Source of the DNA: Adineta vaga
Lineage: Eukaryota > Animalia > Rotifera
Length of the DNA: 64,000 bases
Assembly (NCBI GenBank): GCA_021613535.1
Contig: CP075496.1
Location: 5,580,001 to 5,644,000, forward strand
Reading direction: 5' to 3'
In this document: one piece after another, positions 24,977 through 37,244 of the stretch
Position numbering within the stretch: position 1 is the first letter of the stretch
How the letters are laid out: each line of letters opens with the position of its first letter
Notes under the pieces: generated by a model
Seen by the model: the letters and a program-made list of their open reading frames with translations, nothing else
Told to the model about the DNA's origin: nothing
Databases searched by the model: none
Program-made: the position numbers and the translations under genes

Positions 24977-27900
24977 ATGTATGTATATATATCTTTATTG
25001 ACTATCTTAATTTATTCGTCGAATATCTTTTGTCAACGTTCATCACCATTACAAGTTGAAAAAGATAATGCTGTCTATGGATTACTTGAAAATTATCATC
25101 ATTATACTGAACTTGATCGTCTTTTACAGCAATGGACGAGGAATTATCCGAAAATTTCAAATGTATTCAGTGTCGGAAAAAGTATTACAGGTCGAAGTTT
25201 ATTTGTGATGCGTATGACATCTCCATTGGTGAGTGATACCGAGAAAGAACAAGACGAAAATCAATTATTGAAACCAAAATTTAAATGGGTAGCAAATATG
25301 CATGGTGATGAAACGATTGGACGAGAAATAATGATTGCTTTAATCTATCATTTGTTACTTAATTCACAAACAAATGCTCGTATTACTCGTTTATTGTCTA
25401 CAACTGATATTTATATTATGCCCAGTATGAATCCAGTAAGTTTATTATTGATATAATGAACAGAACTTGTGATGATTATTTTTTGTCTTATAGGATGGTT
25501 TCGAAAGTTCTGCTGAAGGTGTCTGTGATAGTCGTAGTTTACATGGTCGAGGTAATATGAAGGAAATCGATCTTAATCGAAATTTTCCTTCACAATTTAC
25601 TCCACTTAAACAATGGCAAAATAGTACAGTTGCTGATATTTTCTATGGACGACAACCCGAAACAATTGCTGTTATGAAATGGATTTTAAAAGAAAATTTT
25701 GTTCTTAGTGGAAATCTACATGGTGGATCCGTTGTTGCTTCATATCCATATGATGAAACAGTTTATCATACCAAAAATACGTATGGAAAATCACCAGATG
25801 ATTCGTTATTTCAACATTTAGCACGTACCTATGCTACGAATCATTTAACAATGAGTAAAAGTATAAAATTATATAATCCATTGATTTTCTTGTTGTATAA
25901 TGAATCATATTGCTTTCTATTAATTAGGTGATGGATGTGGTGAGACATTTACTGAAGGAATTACAAATGGTGCCAAATGGTATGATGTACCAGGTGGTAT
26001 GCAAGATTTTAATTATTTACATAGTAATGCATTTGAAATAACAATGGAATTAAGTTGTTGTAAATATCCACCTGCTAAAGATGGCACTCTCAAAACAGAA
26101 TGGGATAATAATAAAGAAGCATTACTTGCTTATATGGAAATGGTAAAGAGAAATAGTAAACAGAAAATTCATAATTCCATTGATTTCGTTTAGAGTCATC
26201 TTGGTATTAAAGGTTTAATTCGTGATGCTGAAACACAAACTGGTATTTCTGGAGCATTGATTCAAGTTGAAGGTATTCTACATTCAGTTCGTAGTGTTGA
26301 ACATGGTGCCTATTGGCGTTTACTATTACCTGGCCTATATAATATAACTATTACAGCAGCAGGTTATATTTCACAAACAAAATTTAATATCAATGTAACT
26401 AATCAAAATGTAACTAGTGTACGTATCTTGATTTCTATTGAATCAATTGGATATTTCGTTTAAGATAATTTCAGACTACTATTGCCTCTCATAACTGAAT
26501 CTGTATTGTATTAAACATAGCACTAGGATCTGAATGCATTGTAACAGAGACGAAGAATTTCAAGAACTAGACAAATTCTATATGTCATTCTCGTTACTAC
26601 ATTTTTAATATACAATATCGTTATGTTCATTTTTTATTTTAATAGGCTCTTCGCGTTGATTTTAATTTACAACCTGCTCATCATGATCTATCATCAACAA
26701 CGAAAGATGTTTCCTCAACGAATGATGTCTATAATTTATTATCGAATTTTGCTGATAAACTAATGAGTGATTCACGTGAAACTGTTCTTAAAACTTTAAC
26801 TGAACCCAGTGATGATCTTTTATACCATGATTATAATAAAATGATTGAAAAATTAAAAGAATTAAATAATAAATATCCAAATATCACAAGTTTATATACA
26901 ATTGGTAAAAGTATTGAACAACGTGATTTATGGGTCATGATTGTTAGTGATCAACCACTTGTACATGAAGCTGGTGAACCAGAAGTTAGATATATTGGAA
27001 ATGTTCATGGTGATGAGAGTGTTGGACGTGAATGTTTAATCCGTTTTATTGAATATTTATGTGTAAATTATGGAAAAAATGATTATATTACTCAACTTGT
27101 TAATAATGTATGTTCGATTTATTTATAATTAGTATATGTTATATGTTCTTTTTTCTTCTATTTATTAAAAGGTTCGTATTCATCTCATGCCAACGATGAA
27201 TCCTGATGGATTTGAATATGAATATAAACAGGATATTCATGCACAAGGACCTGGTCGTCTCAATGCAAATAAAGTTGATTTAAATCGAAATTTTCCAAAA
27301 ATTCAATTAGAACATCTTATGGACAAGAATAAAAATGATATTGTTATACCAAAACAAGATGTAGAAAACGGTGGAAATCGTCTGGATAAATTAGCCAATA
27401 CACAATATAATTTTGAACCTGAAGTTCGTGCTGCAATGCATTGGTCATTGATTTATCCATTTGTTCTATCAGGAAATTTACATGGTGGTGCTCTTGTTGC
27501 TAATTATCCATTTGATAATCGAATTAGTGATTCAACTGTTAAAGAAAGTAAATCACCTGATGACCAAACATTTCAAATGCTTGCAAAAGCATATTCATAT
27601 GTAAATATTATTTCTATTTAATCTTTTGAAAATATGTTTATCGAAATTGAATTGTTTTCTTTTTCTAGGCTCATCCAAGTATGCATAAAGGTGATGCATG
27701 CATTAAATTCAATGATGGTATTACTAATGGTGCTGCTTGGTATGTGATTGATGGTGGAATGCAAGATTGGTCATATGCCTATACATCTGATATGGAAGTC
27801 ACAATTGAATTAGGTTGTACAAAATATCCCAATCAAGCTGAATTAAAATCCTATTGGGATGATAATAAAGGTTCTTTATTAGCATATATTATTCAAGTAT

Positions 27901-28684
27901 GTATACAGTTATAGGTAAGATATAGAGTACTATTTTATTTGTGTATAGGTTGTACATGGTATTCGTGGTTTTGTATTTGATGCAAAAACAAAAATAGCTT
28001 TATCAGGTGTTGTCATTCATGTACATGATAATCAACATAATGTTACTACATATCGTGATGGTGATTTCTTTCGTTTATTAACACCAGGTGTATATGATAT
28101 TACCGCTGAACGTATTGGGTATGTTAAAATTGAGTCATAATTGATAATATTTCGAATTTTTCTATTAAATAGATATGAATCAGAAACGAAACAAAATATT
28201 CTTGTTGGTAATCAATCTTCTACTTATATTGAATTTAAATTAAAACGTAAAGATTCAACAAGTAAAACTGATAAGAAAGGACCATTTGCAACATTTGTCA
28301 ATACAACATCATCAAATATTCGAACAATCTATCGTCAAATGAAAGATTTCGTTATGAATCGAACACTTTTTCTAATTATTTCTGGCATTTGTGGTTTGTA
28401 GTTTTTGATGAACTTGATGTAAATATATTTGTATTTGTTTAGCTTTAGTATTGGCTATTTTATTTGCAATGGTTGTCATATATCTCAAATGTTGTCAAGG
28501 TTCAACAGTACGATCACACACTGGTTTTCAACGATATGAACCATTAGTTCAAGATGAAAATGATTTACCCGTAATGGAACGACGAACGAATGGAAGAAAA
28601 AAACATGTTATGCCAAGTGATTCAGATGATGAAGATGATCAAACATTATTTTCATCAAAAATGAAAAAATCAATGATACCTTAA
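24977..28684 (+). CDS. CPD: Carboxypeptidase D (M14 N/E subfamily), two catalytic domains + TM + cytosolic tail
   Basis: Ten exons (about 24977-25435, 25493-25861, 25928-26142, 26194-26418, 26647-27107, 27172-27600, 27669-27896, 27949-28118, 28173-28393, 28443-28684). Signal peptide. Domain 1: [26 protein letters not shown]. Domain 2: [28 protein letters not shown] helix and acidic cluster SDSDDEDD in the tail. Confidence 0.93.
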
Positions 28685-29278
28685 TTTTCTTTAGTTATAT
28701 TTATTGTTAATAAGAATGTTTTTCTAGTGTGTTTTTTTCTCTTCCAAATATCTTCATTCCAGTGTGAATCTCATCTATTTAAAATTAACGATACGCTTTC
28801 AACATGAATTTTATTTTACAGTGATGTGTGTGTTGGTGCTTTATTCACTCTTTTCAACTCATTTGTTCTCTGTTGCATGTTTTCAAGAAATAAAAAAAAT
28901 CAAAGTACTTGATCAGTAAACTCTTTGATAAATTATTCTCAATGAATGTTCTATACATGTGATTAGAATAGTTTCATAAAAGATATTTTCCCTTGATCTA
29001 TTACAAAAAAGAAACAAACATATTAATGATATATTTGTTTATTCTCAATATCTCGAATGTATATATTATTTAACTCATTTACCTATGTCGTTACCTTTTC
29101 AAATTTTTTTGTATCTTTCTCTGTCATGCAACTATCAACACATGTGTATATATATATATATATGATGGTAAACAATAATCTATTCATGTATAGTAGCAAA
29201 AAAATACAGAAAAAAAAAGCAAATAGGCTTTTCGATATATCTAGTTGATTCATTATTCGTTATTAAATAGTCGTAATT

Positions 29279-30269
29279 ATGGGTGGCAAACAAGCAAAGA
29301 AAGCACCATCTACTGAATTAACAGCAAAGCGTTCGTTCAATGAGAAAATATTGTGAATATTAATTCATTCCTAATTCTTTTTCATTGTTTTTAGAAATTG
29401 CTTTACTCAAAGCAAATACAAAGTATAATGAACAAGGTAAATATATATATATATATGTATAATTATAGCTAATATTTCTTCATTTGTTTTTAATCATTTA
29501 GAAATCCGAGATTGGCATACAGTTAGTTTAATTTAATTGAAATTTGTCTAGATAGATCGAATAATTCATTGGTATTTCTAGGGTTTTATTAAAGATTGCC
29601 CGGATGGTCGACTTGATAAGAAAAAATTTGTAGATCTCTACAAACAATTCTATCCTAATGGTAAAGCAGACAATTATTGCAAGTAAAAAGATTCTAATCT
29701 TGATTAATCTATACATAGATGTTTGTCTGTTGATGTTGATGTAGGTATGCTTTTAATACCTTCGATGCTAATCATGATGGTAGCATTGATTTTGAAGAAT
29801 TTCTTATATCAGTTACTGCTTCAAGTCAAGGACAGCTAGATGATCGTCTTGGATATGCTTTCGATATGTTGGTTTAGAAAATACTTTTGCTCGATAATAA
29901 ACTTTAGTTATAGATATGACATCTCAAATGACGGTCAAATCGATCAAAAAGAATTGACTACTTTAATTTCAGCTATGGTAATGTTCTTTCTATGTTTATT
30001 CTACTTGAAAAATATTCAGTCTTTGTTATTTATTTTAGTATGATCTTGTCGGTGAAACTGATCGTAAAGGAGATCGAGATCCCAAAAAACGTGCTGCAGA
30101 TATTATTGCAAAACTCGATGTTACTGGAGATAAGAAATTAAGTAAAGCTGAATTTGTAGCTGGGTATGATTGTATAAAAATAAATAATGATTGAATATTC
30201 ATATCATTTACTTTCTTTAGATGTAAAAACGATCCAATTATTCGCCAATTACTTGCTCCTGGTGTTTAA
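29279..30269 (+). CDS. Neuronal calcium sensor (recoverin/NCS family) paralog 1
   Basis: Eight exons (first three 52, 42 and 20 nt) splice to MGGKQAKK...EIRDWHTGFIKDCPDGRL...FDANHDGSIDFEEF...[13 protein letters not shown]...LLAPGV*. N-terminal Gly for myristoylation and the CPxG cryptic EF1. Confidence 0.93.
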
Positions 30270-30684
30270 CTATTAAAAACATTTTTGAAAAGAATAATTC
30301 AACTACAATATTATAGAATTGTTCAAGAAGAACAGAACATTTCTTTTTTATAGTTCTATTCTAATTTTATTTAATATAAAATAAATTTGTTTGAAAGCTA
30401 TAACTTTAATGTGAAAAGATAAAGGCAATCAATCTTGCTTTTCTTCTCCTTGCTTGAATCTTATACTTTATCCAATACCTATAATACAATAATGTGATTT
30501 TTGACAAGAATTTCATCTATAATAATCGCAATTATCTATGAATATATTGACAACGAAAATATGTCATGTTTGCTCAACCGTATTATTTATTTATCTTTTT
30601 TTTTGGTTTTGTATTCTTCAATAAATAATACGTATATACTTAAATGTATTCAAGGTATTTTGTTTTTCACTGCGTCTTATTCCC

Positions 30685-30692
30685 TATAAATA
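30685..30692 (+). promoter_or_regulatory. Putative TATA box of NCS paralog 2
   Basis: cctataaatac about 120 nt upstream of the ATG. The same 11-mer occurs upstream of paralog 3. Confidence 0.4.
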
Positions 30693-30804
30693 CCTACACG
30701 AATCTTATGATTAATAATATTAGAGACAAATGTATTTACCATATAATATTATTCAAAAAATCTGAGTTTTTTCGGTTTCTTTTTTATAACAGATATACAC
30801 AACA

Positions 30805-31793
30805 ATGGGTGGCAAACAAGCTAAACAAACGTCGACTGAGCTCACTGATAAACGTGCGTGATTGATTTTCACTATCAGTGAACAAAACATTTCAGATCTA
30901 TTATCTATTTTAGATATTGCTTTACTCAAAGCAAATACAAAATATGATGAAAAAGGTAGACTTATTTCTTCTTTTTTCATACATTTAATACTGCATTCTA
31001 TGTCTATTCATAGCTATTCGAGAATGGCATGCGGTTTGTTCTTTATCAAATATGTGCAAATGCACAAAATACGATGTTTCTAATATTGTAGAGCTTCATT
31101 CGTGATTGTCCAACTGGTCGTCTCGATAAAAAGAAATTTACTGAAGTTTACCAAAAATTTTATCCAACAGGCAAGCCGGATAAATATTGCAAGTAAGATT
31201 AGTTAAACATGGATATATTTTTTCGAAACTTTACTTTTAATATTTTTCTATCAGATATGCTTTTGATACATTCGATGCGAATAATGACGGATCAATTACT
31301 TTTGACGAATTTCTATTATCCATCGCTGCCTCTGGTCAAGGAACTGTTGATGATCGTCTTGCTGTCGCATTTGATTTGTATATTGAATGGTTATTTGTGA
31401 TTTTTATATTTTTGTCTCATTTATAGATATGACATTTCCAATGATGGTCAAATCGATCAGAAGGAATTAACTAATTTGATCATATCTATGGTAATCTTCT
31501 TTTTCATATAATTATCATCGATGGAAAGATCACCTTTGTCGAGTTTTTAGTATGATCTTCTTGGTGAAACTGATCGTAAAGGAGATCGAGATCCCAAAAA
31601 ACGTGCTGCAGATATCATCGCTAAAATTGATTTATCTGGTGATAAGAAAATATCACGAGCCGAATTCATTGCTGGGTATAATGTTCTTGATTAATATATA
31701 TATGTATCTGTTTCATCAGTCATTTTTATTTATTTCTTTATTAGATTAAAAGCTGATCCAATTCTTCGCGAATTACTTGCACCCAATGCTTAA
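30805..31793 (+). CDS. Neuronal calcium sensor paralog 2
   Basis: Same eight-exon structure: MGGKQAKQ...IREWHASFIRDCPTGRL...FDANNDGSITFDEF...[13 protein letters not shown]...LLAPNA*. Confidence 0.93.
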
Positions 31794-32903
31794 AACATTC
31801 ACTTATGAACATTTCTTTATTCTACAAAAACTATTGAACTCTAGATTTTTTTATAAGAAGTTAATTACTACAGAGAAATAGATAGTTTACTAACAATATT
31901 AAATAGGAAAACATCATAGCCGTAGAATGAAATGATAGATAGAAACCAAATTCAGAACTATTGAATATAAATATATGAATATTAAAATTATCGATTAACA
32001 TCTATAGTTTGAATAAAATGTCATTATGATTTCTATTTTGGTTTGTTTACATTCAGGGTTGTCAAGTGCAGTAAACGAGTTTGCCATAAAAATAATATTA
32101 AGATCTATATATCAATAGAAAATCTGTCTGTTTGTTTCTTTGATGGCATCAAAAACGTTTCATACATAAAGCAATCTATTCTTTGTTGATACGTATGTGT
32201 TTCATATTCAGAACAATGTCTAACAAAGCTTTCTTTATCAACAACCCAAATAAATATCGGACAGGAAAGTATCCTACTTCATCTACATCTGAGAAATTCT
32301 CGATGATAAAAAAAAGAGTTCTAGGAATAGATATTATCGTTGTTTCCTTCTGCTATATTATTAGACCGACCTTTTTTCGAGACAGATGTACTTATGATAA
32401 TATAATCTACGAAGGAATACTTTGATTTTAGTCGGTAATCTTTTATGAATCCTTTCCAGCGATTGAGATTTCATTTGTGTTCTATCGATTTATTAACTTT
32501 TGTTCGCCTGGAGAATAATGAATAATAAAGTATTCACGATGATTTGACTCAGTTGTCAGAGTATTGTTTTTTTTAAGGGTAAAAATATGAAGAAGAAAAA
32601 GCAAAGGTAAGTTTTATTCATCCCTTGAAGGTAAATCAAACAAATTCCGATTATTCATTTTCTTTTTTAATGTTTACATAGTTTTTCTTTTGCGTTGAAG
32701 CCATTACTGATCACATTTATCAAATGAAACATACAATCATCGTTACTTTTAAATATTATACTAAAAAAATCCGCAGTCTTTTTTTTTCATTCTAGTATGC
32801 CTACAATTCCTTTCTTTCTCTTCTTTTTCTTTTACTTTTATGCATTTTTTGCTATGTTAAAAAAATATACGAGGGGCAATTTTATTCTCCCTACTTTTTG
32901 GCC

Positions 32904-32911
32904 TATAAATA
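32904..32911 (+). promoter_or_regulatory. Putative TATA box of NCS paralog 3
   Basis: cctataaatac about 127 nt upstream of the ATG, matching paralog 2. Confidence 0.4.
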
Positions 32912-33030
32912 CAATGTACAAACCTGTTCACATTCAGATATTCATTTAAAAATGAAACGATAAAAACATTTTCATTTATTTTTAGATTGTTTTATATTCG
33001 TTTCGTATTTCTTCTCACTTATCATTTCAA

Positions 33031-34017
33031 ATGGGTAACAAACAAAATAAAACACATTCAACTGAATTAACAGCAAAACGTTCGTATTATTATTTCATAA
33101 ATTCAAAATCAATATTCTATTTCTTTCATTGCAGAAATTGCTATGCTCAAAGCAAATACAAAATATTCGGAAAAAGGTAAGATTTTCTTATATATTTCAA
33201 AATTTTTCCATCGAATTATTTGTTTTTATTTGAATTTTTTCAGAAATTCGTGAATGGCATGCGGTTAGTTAACTTAATAAGATTTTCTTATGTATCTACT
33301 AATGTTTGAATTCTAATCATAGGGATTTCTTAAAGATTGTCCATCTGGTAAACTTGACAAAAAGAAATTTACTGAAGTTTACAAACAATTCTATCCTCAG
33401 GGCAAAGCAGACAATTTCTGCAAGTAAGAAAATTATCATAAAATTCTATTTCATCGTTATGAATATGTCTTTGAATATTTAGATATGCTTTCGAAACATT
33501 TGATACTGACAATAATGGTACAGTTGATTTCGATGAATTTCTTTTAGCCATCTCGGCAACAAGTCAAGGTAGTGTTGATGATCGTCTTGCTGTTGCATTT
33601 GATATGTAAGTTGTTGTTTTTTTCAAAAACTACGATTTCTTCAAATGAATTCACTTGTTTAAAGGTATGACATTTCCGATGATGGACAAATTGATCAAAA
33701 GGAACTTACAAAATTAATCACAGCTATGGTAAGAAATTGAATTGTGTTGTATTTCGATTATTTAATTGTTTCTATTGATTTCCAGTATGATCTTGTTGGT
33801 GAAACTGACCGTAAAGGTGATAAAGATCCTAAACATCGTGCTCAGGAAATTATTGGCAAACTTGATGTTGGTGGTGATAAGAAATTAAGCAAACAAGAAT
33901 TTATTGCTGGGTAGATATTCTTTTATCATTCTATTTCATAGAATTTTCTCTATTTTTTCTCTATTTAGATGCAAAAATGATCCTTTTATTCGTAAATTAC
34001 TTGCACCTAATGTTTAA
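33031..34017 (+). CDS. Neuronal calcium sensor paralog 3
   Basis: Same eight-exon structure: MGNKQNKT...[17 protein letters not shown]...[14 protein letters not shown]...[13 protein letters not shown]...LLAPNV*. Confidence 0.93.
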
Positions 34018-34454
34018 GAACAGGACAGTGTTGAAAACTTATTCAATCATATCTGACTTTCTTCAGTTTTTTTTTCACCCTTCATTAATAATATTAGAAA
34101 TTATCTGAATGCATTCATATTTTTTCTTCTTCTTCTCTTTCAAATAAAACTCAAGCAGTACGTTATATCATAATGAGATTTCTATCGATTAATTATTAAT
34201 CTTCTTCGGAAAAAAATGATACGGTGAAAACAAATAATACGAACCAGTTCGACATTCTCTGTTTGTTTTGTGAAAAAAATTTTCTCAGTCCATATCATTA
34301 TTTGCATGCCTAACTTTATTTAATGATTGAAATAGAAATAAAACATACTAAAGCCTATTACTATCAAAATCTGTATTTTAATTATATTATAAAAGAGTTC
34401 TTTCTATAAAATGGAAGAAACGAGGTTTTTCTTCTTCTTCTACTCAGACAGTTA

Positions 34455-34925
34455 TCAATTAAATTGCTTTTTCATATTGTTTCTATTTTGAGAAGAATGT
34501 ACGATTGATGAACACCAAAAACTATCATAATCATCACCATCAGTATCATATTTAATAGTATGATTGAATCGATTTGATTTTGCCATAAGACGATGTCGAA
34601 CATCAAAATATGATTCAGCAATAACAGGAGTTTCTACAATTGGATATAATTCACAAATGGATTCATCCGCACTAAGAACATCGCTTGGTGTACCAATTGG
34701 TGAAATGGATTTGAAACGATTTGTAGTAAAATTTAATTGATCATTAATAAAACTACCACAACGAACTTCAATACCCTCTATAAAACGTTTTCGAGTCGTA
34801 TTGGGTAAAACAATAAGAGTCGAACGAAATTTTTCATGTTGATAACTATATGATGAATTAGATGATGAATTTGATCGACGAAGATTACCATAGTTAGGAA
34901 TAATAATCAATCGTGATGTATACAT
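34455..34925 (-). CDS. Hypothetical single-exon protein, 156 aa
   Basis: ATG-initiated 471-nt ORF with balanced amino-acid composition in very AT-rich DNA, and a TATA-like tacataaaaa about 55 nt upstream. No recognised domain. Confidence 0.55.
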   Translation of the reverse strand: MYTSRLIIIPNYGNLRRSNSSSNSSYSYQHEKFRSTLIVLPNTTRKRFIEGIEVRCGSFINDQLNFTTNRFKSISPIGTPSDVLSADESICELYPIVETPVIAESYFDVRHRLMAKSNRFNHTIKYDTDGDDYDSFWCSSIVHSSQNRNNMKKQFN

Positions 34926-37244
34926 TGTCGTTTTAGTGTGAGGAATAAGGAGATAAATAATACAGACAGCAGGACGACCTTTTTATGTATACGCTCTATG
35001 TGTACTGTTGAACAAACATTCATCAAGATGGAATATTCCTAATGTATGTGATGTTGGAGCACGGGAATAACGAAGAAAAAGAGAAAAAGAGAGAGAGAGA
35101 GAGAAAAGAAGAACACACGAGAATGTCTTGTCCACTGTCAGTGAACATATAACTATAAGGCTCTTTGTTGATGTAAATATAGATGTAGCATATAACAGAG
35201 AAAAAAATAGTAATTATAGAGATTATGTCACTGGTGTGCTAGACATTTCATAAGCTACGAGAAATAAATACATAGACACAGCTTCTATAATATTCACAAA
35301 TTGCCAATATGTAATCATGATGTATCGTTAGTTTGCCTTCTATATATATATATATATATGTATATGCAAAACAGAAGGATGTCAGAAATATCTAATGATG
35401 TAATAAGAAAAAAAAAGATAGTTATTTATATGACTTGAGTAGATTATCTTTCAATCTGGTTAGAATTTCATCGATATACATATATAGATATACTAAAGTC
35501 TGTTTTATTGATTTCAAAGACATAATTATATCAGATATCTATGAAACAATCTTATGAACGTCAAATATTCTCATAGAAAACTATCCGAAAGAACATATGA
35601 GATTTCTAAATACTTAACTTATTAATATTGCATTTTGATTGATAATCTGACTTATCAATTGGTATAAGAAATCTTTTCACTGTATTGTCAATAGCACATC
35701 ATCATGAGAAATAATAATATCAAATTAAATGATGCAAATTTCTGAGTTAAAAACAATAGATATTTAATGTGTATGATTGAAATGGAAGTCATAGTGATAA
35801 CTACCATCATTTTCAGTTGATTTATTAATATAAAATCCAATCGAAAGATCATTATTTTCATATAAATAAATCTTCTGGACATCCTTGCCAAATATGTTCA
35901 GATCATACTACGAATAACCACTCAAAATAAGACGTATAATCTTTCGATACTCTCTTCAAAACTATAACAGTGATTGATCATTTACATCTACCAGCCGTGA
36001 CGATGGACAACAGAAAAAAAAAGATTTTCTCTATATCATTAAACTGGTTGCATGAGTATACATATTCATACTTATTTACATAAATGAGATTTATGCTACA
36101 GGAAAAGTTTTCTAATTGTTTCTACTATAGTTTTAATTAAGAATAGCATTATTTTGTTACGAATTAAATATCTATACGTTCGAAATAGAATAGGATTTAT
36201 GAACTTACTTATTCAAACAAATGTAAAGAAAACAATATTTTCAAATTGCTAAGAATATGTCGCAGAAAAAATTAAGCTGATTCAGTTAATAAAGTAATCG
36301 ATCTCTAGTCACGAACGATAAAATTCTACTCTAGCAAAGCATAGAAAATTCTCATCAAATATATGTAAATCTAATCTTCTATGTTTATACTTTTAAGATG
36401 CACGACAAAGACTCTTGTTCAATTTCTTCCACACGAGCAGGTTTTTCTTGAGCACAGAAAAAGAAAAAGCTGATTCAACCAAAGAAGATCCATTTCTTTT
36501 CAATATTGCAGCATGTTTTCACTATAGACTAGATATCTAATTGCTCGAATAAAGTTCTATCGCAATTTACACTAATCGTTATTTCTTGATAGATATAGAT
36601 AACATTTGATAAGAATGAATATATTTGATAGAAGCTAAACAAGAAAAAAAAACATGTTTTCAAGCACTATTAGCCAAGAAGGAATATAATCGTCATTAGT
36701 TTGCATGCACTCTCTTTTTTTTCTGTTATCAATAATATTCTTCTTAATTTACATTTTATAGACATATTAGATAGAAGAAAAATGCTATCAGACATAGACT
36801 CATGTCAAATGATTTCCTATTCGATATAGTAGAAGAAAAAAAGAAGAACAACAAAAACCAACTTGATTTCTTTTGATCAACTAGAGAATTATCATTGGTT
36901 TCAATGATTTGATTAGGATTTATTTCAATTTATAGATTATATCGAATCATTAGTAAAGATTTATATATATATATATGTATATGTGAAGTTTTATTTATAA
37001 TAATCATCTTCGATAACATAAGACAACGTTAGAAGAACAATCCCGCGCACACAGGAAATTCAATAAATAAGACCAAATAGATTATTGATGGCTTTGTGGT
37101 GTGTTTGTCAAACCACTTTTGCAATTCTCTTTCTTTTTTTTCCTTCTTCTATTTTTGAACGTCTCCCACTTATTTATGACAGCATATATGGTTATTGATA
37201 GTTTCATCTGAACAGTTATTTCAGTGACAAAAAAAGCATAAACC

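Noticed and set aside
32100-32570. Exon-like fragment between NCS paralogs 2 and 3 (QCLTKLSLSTTQINIGQESILLHLHLRN)
   Set aside because: Multiple stops and no supportable homology. It may be a pseudogene scrap but cannot be called.
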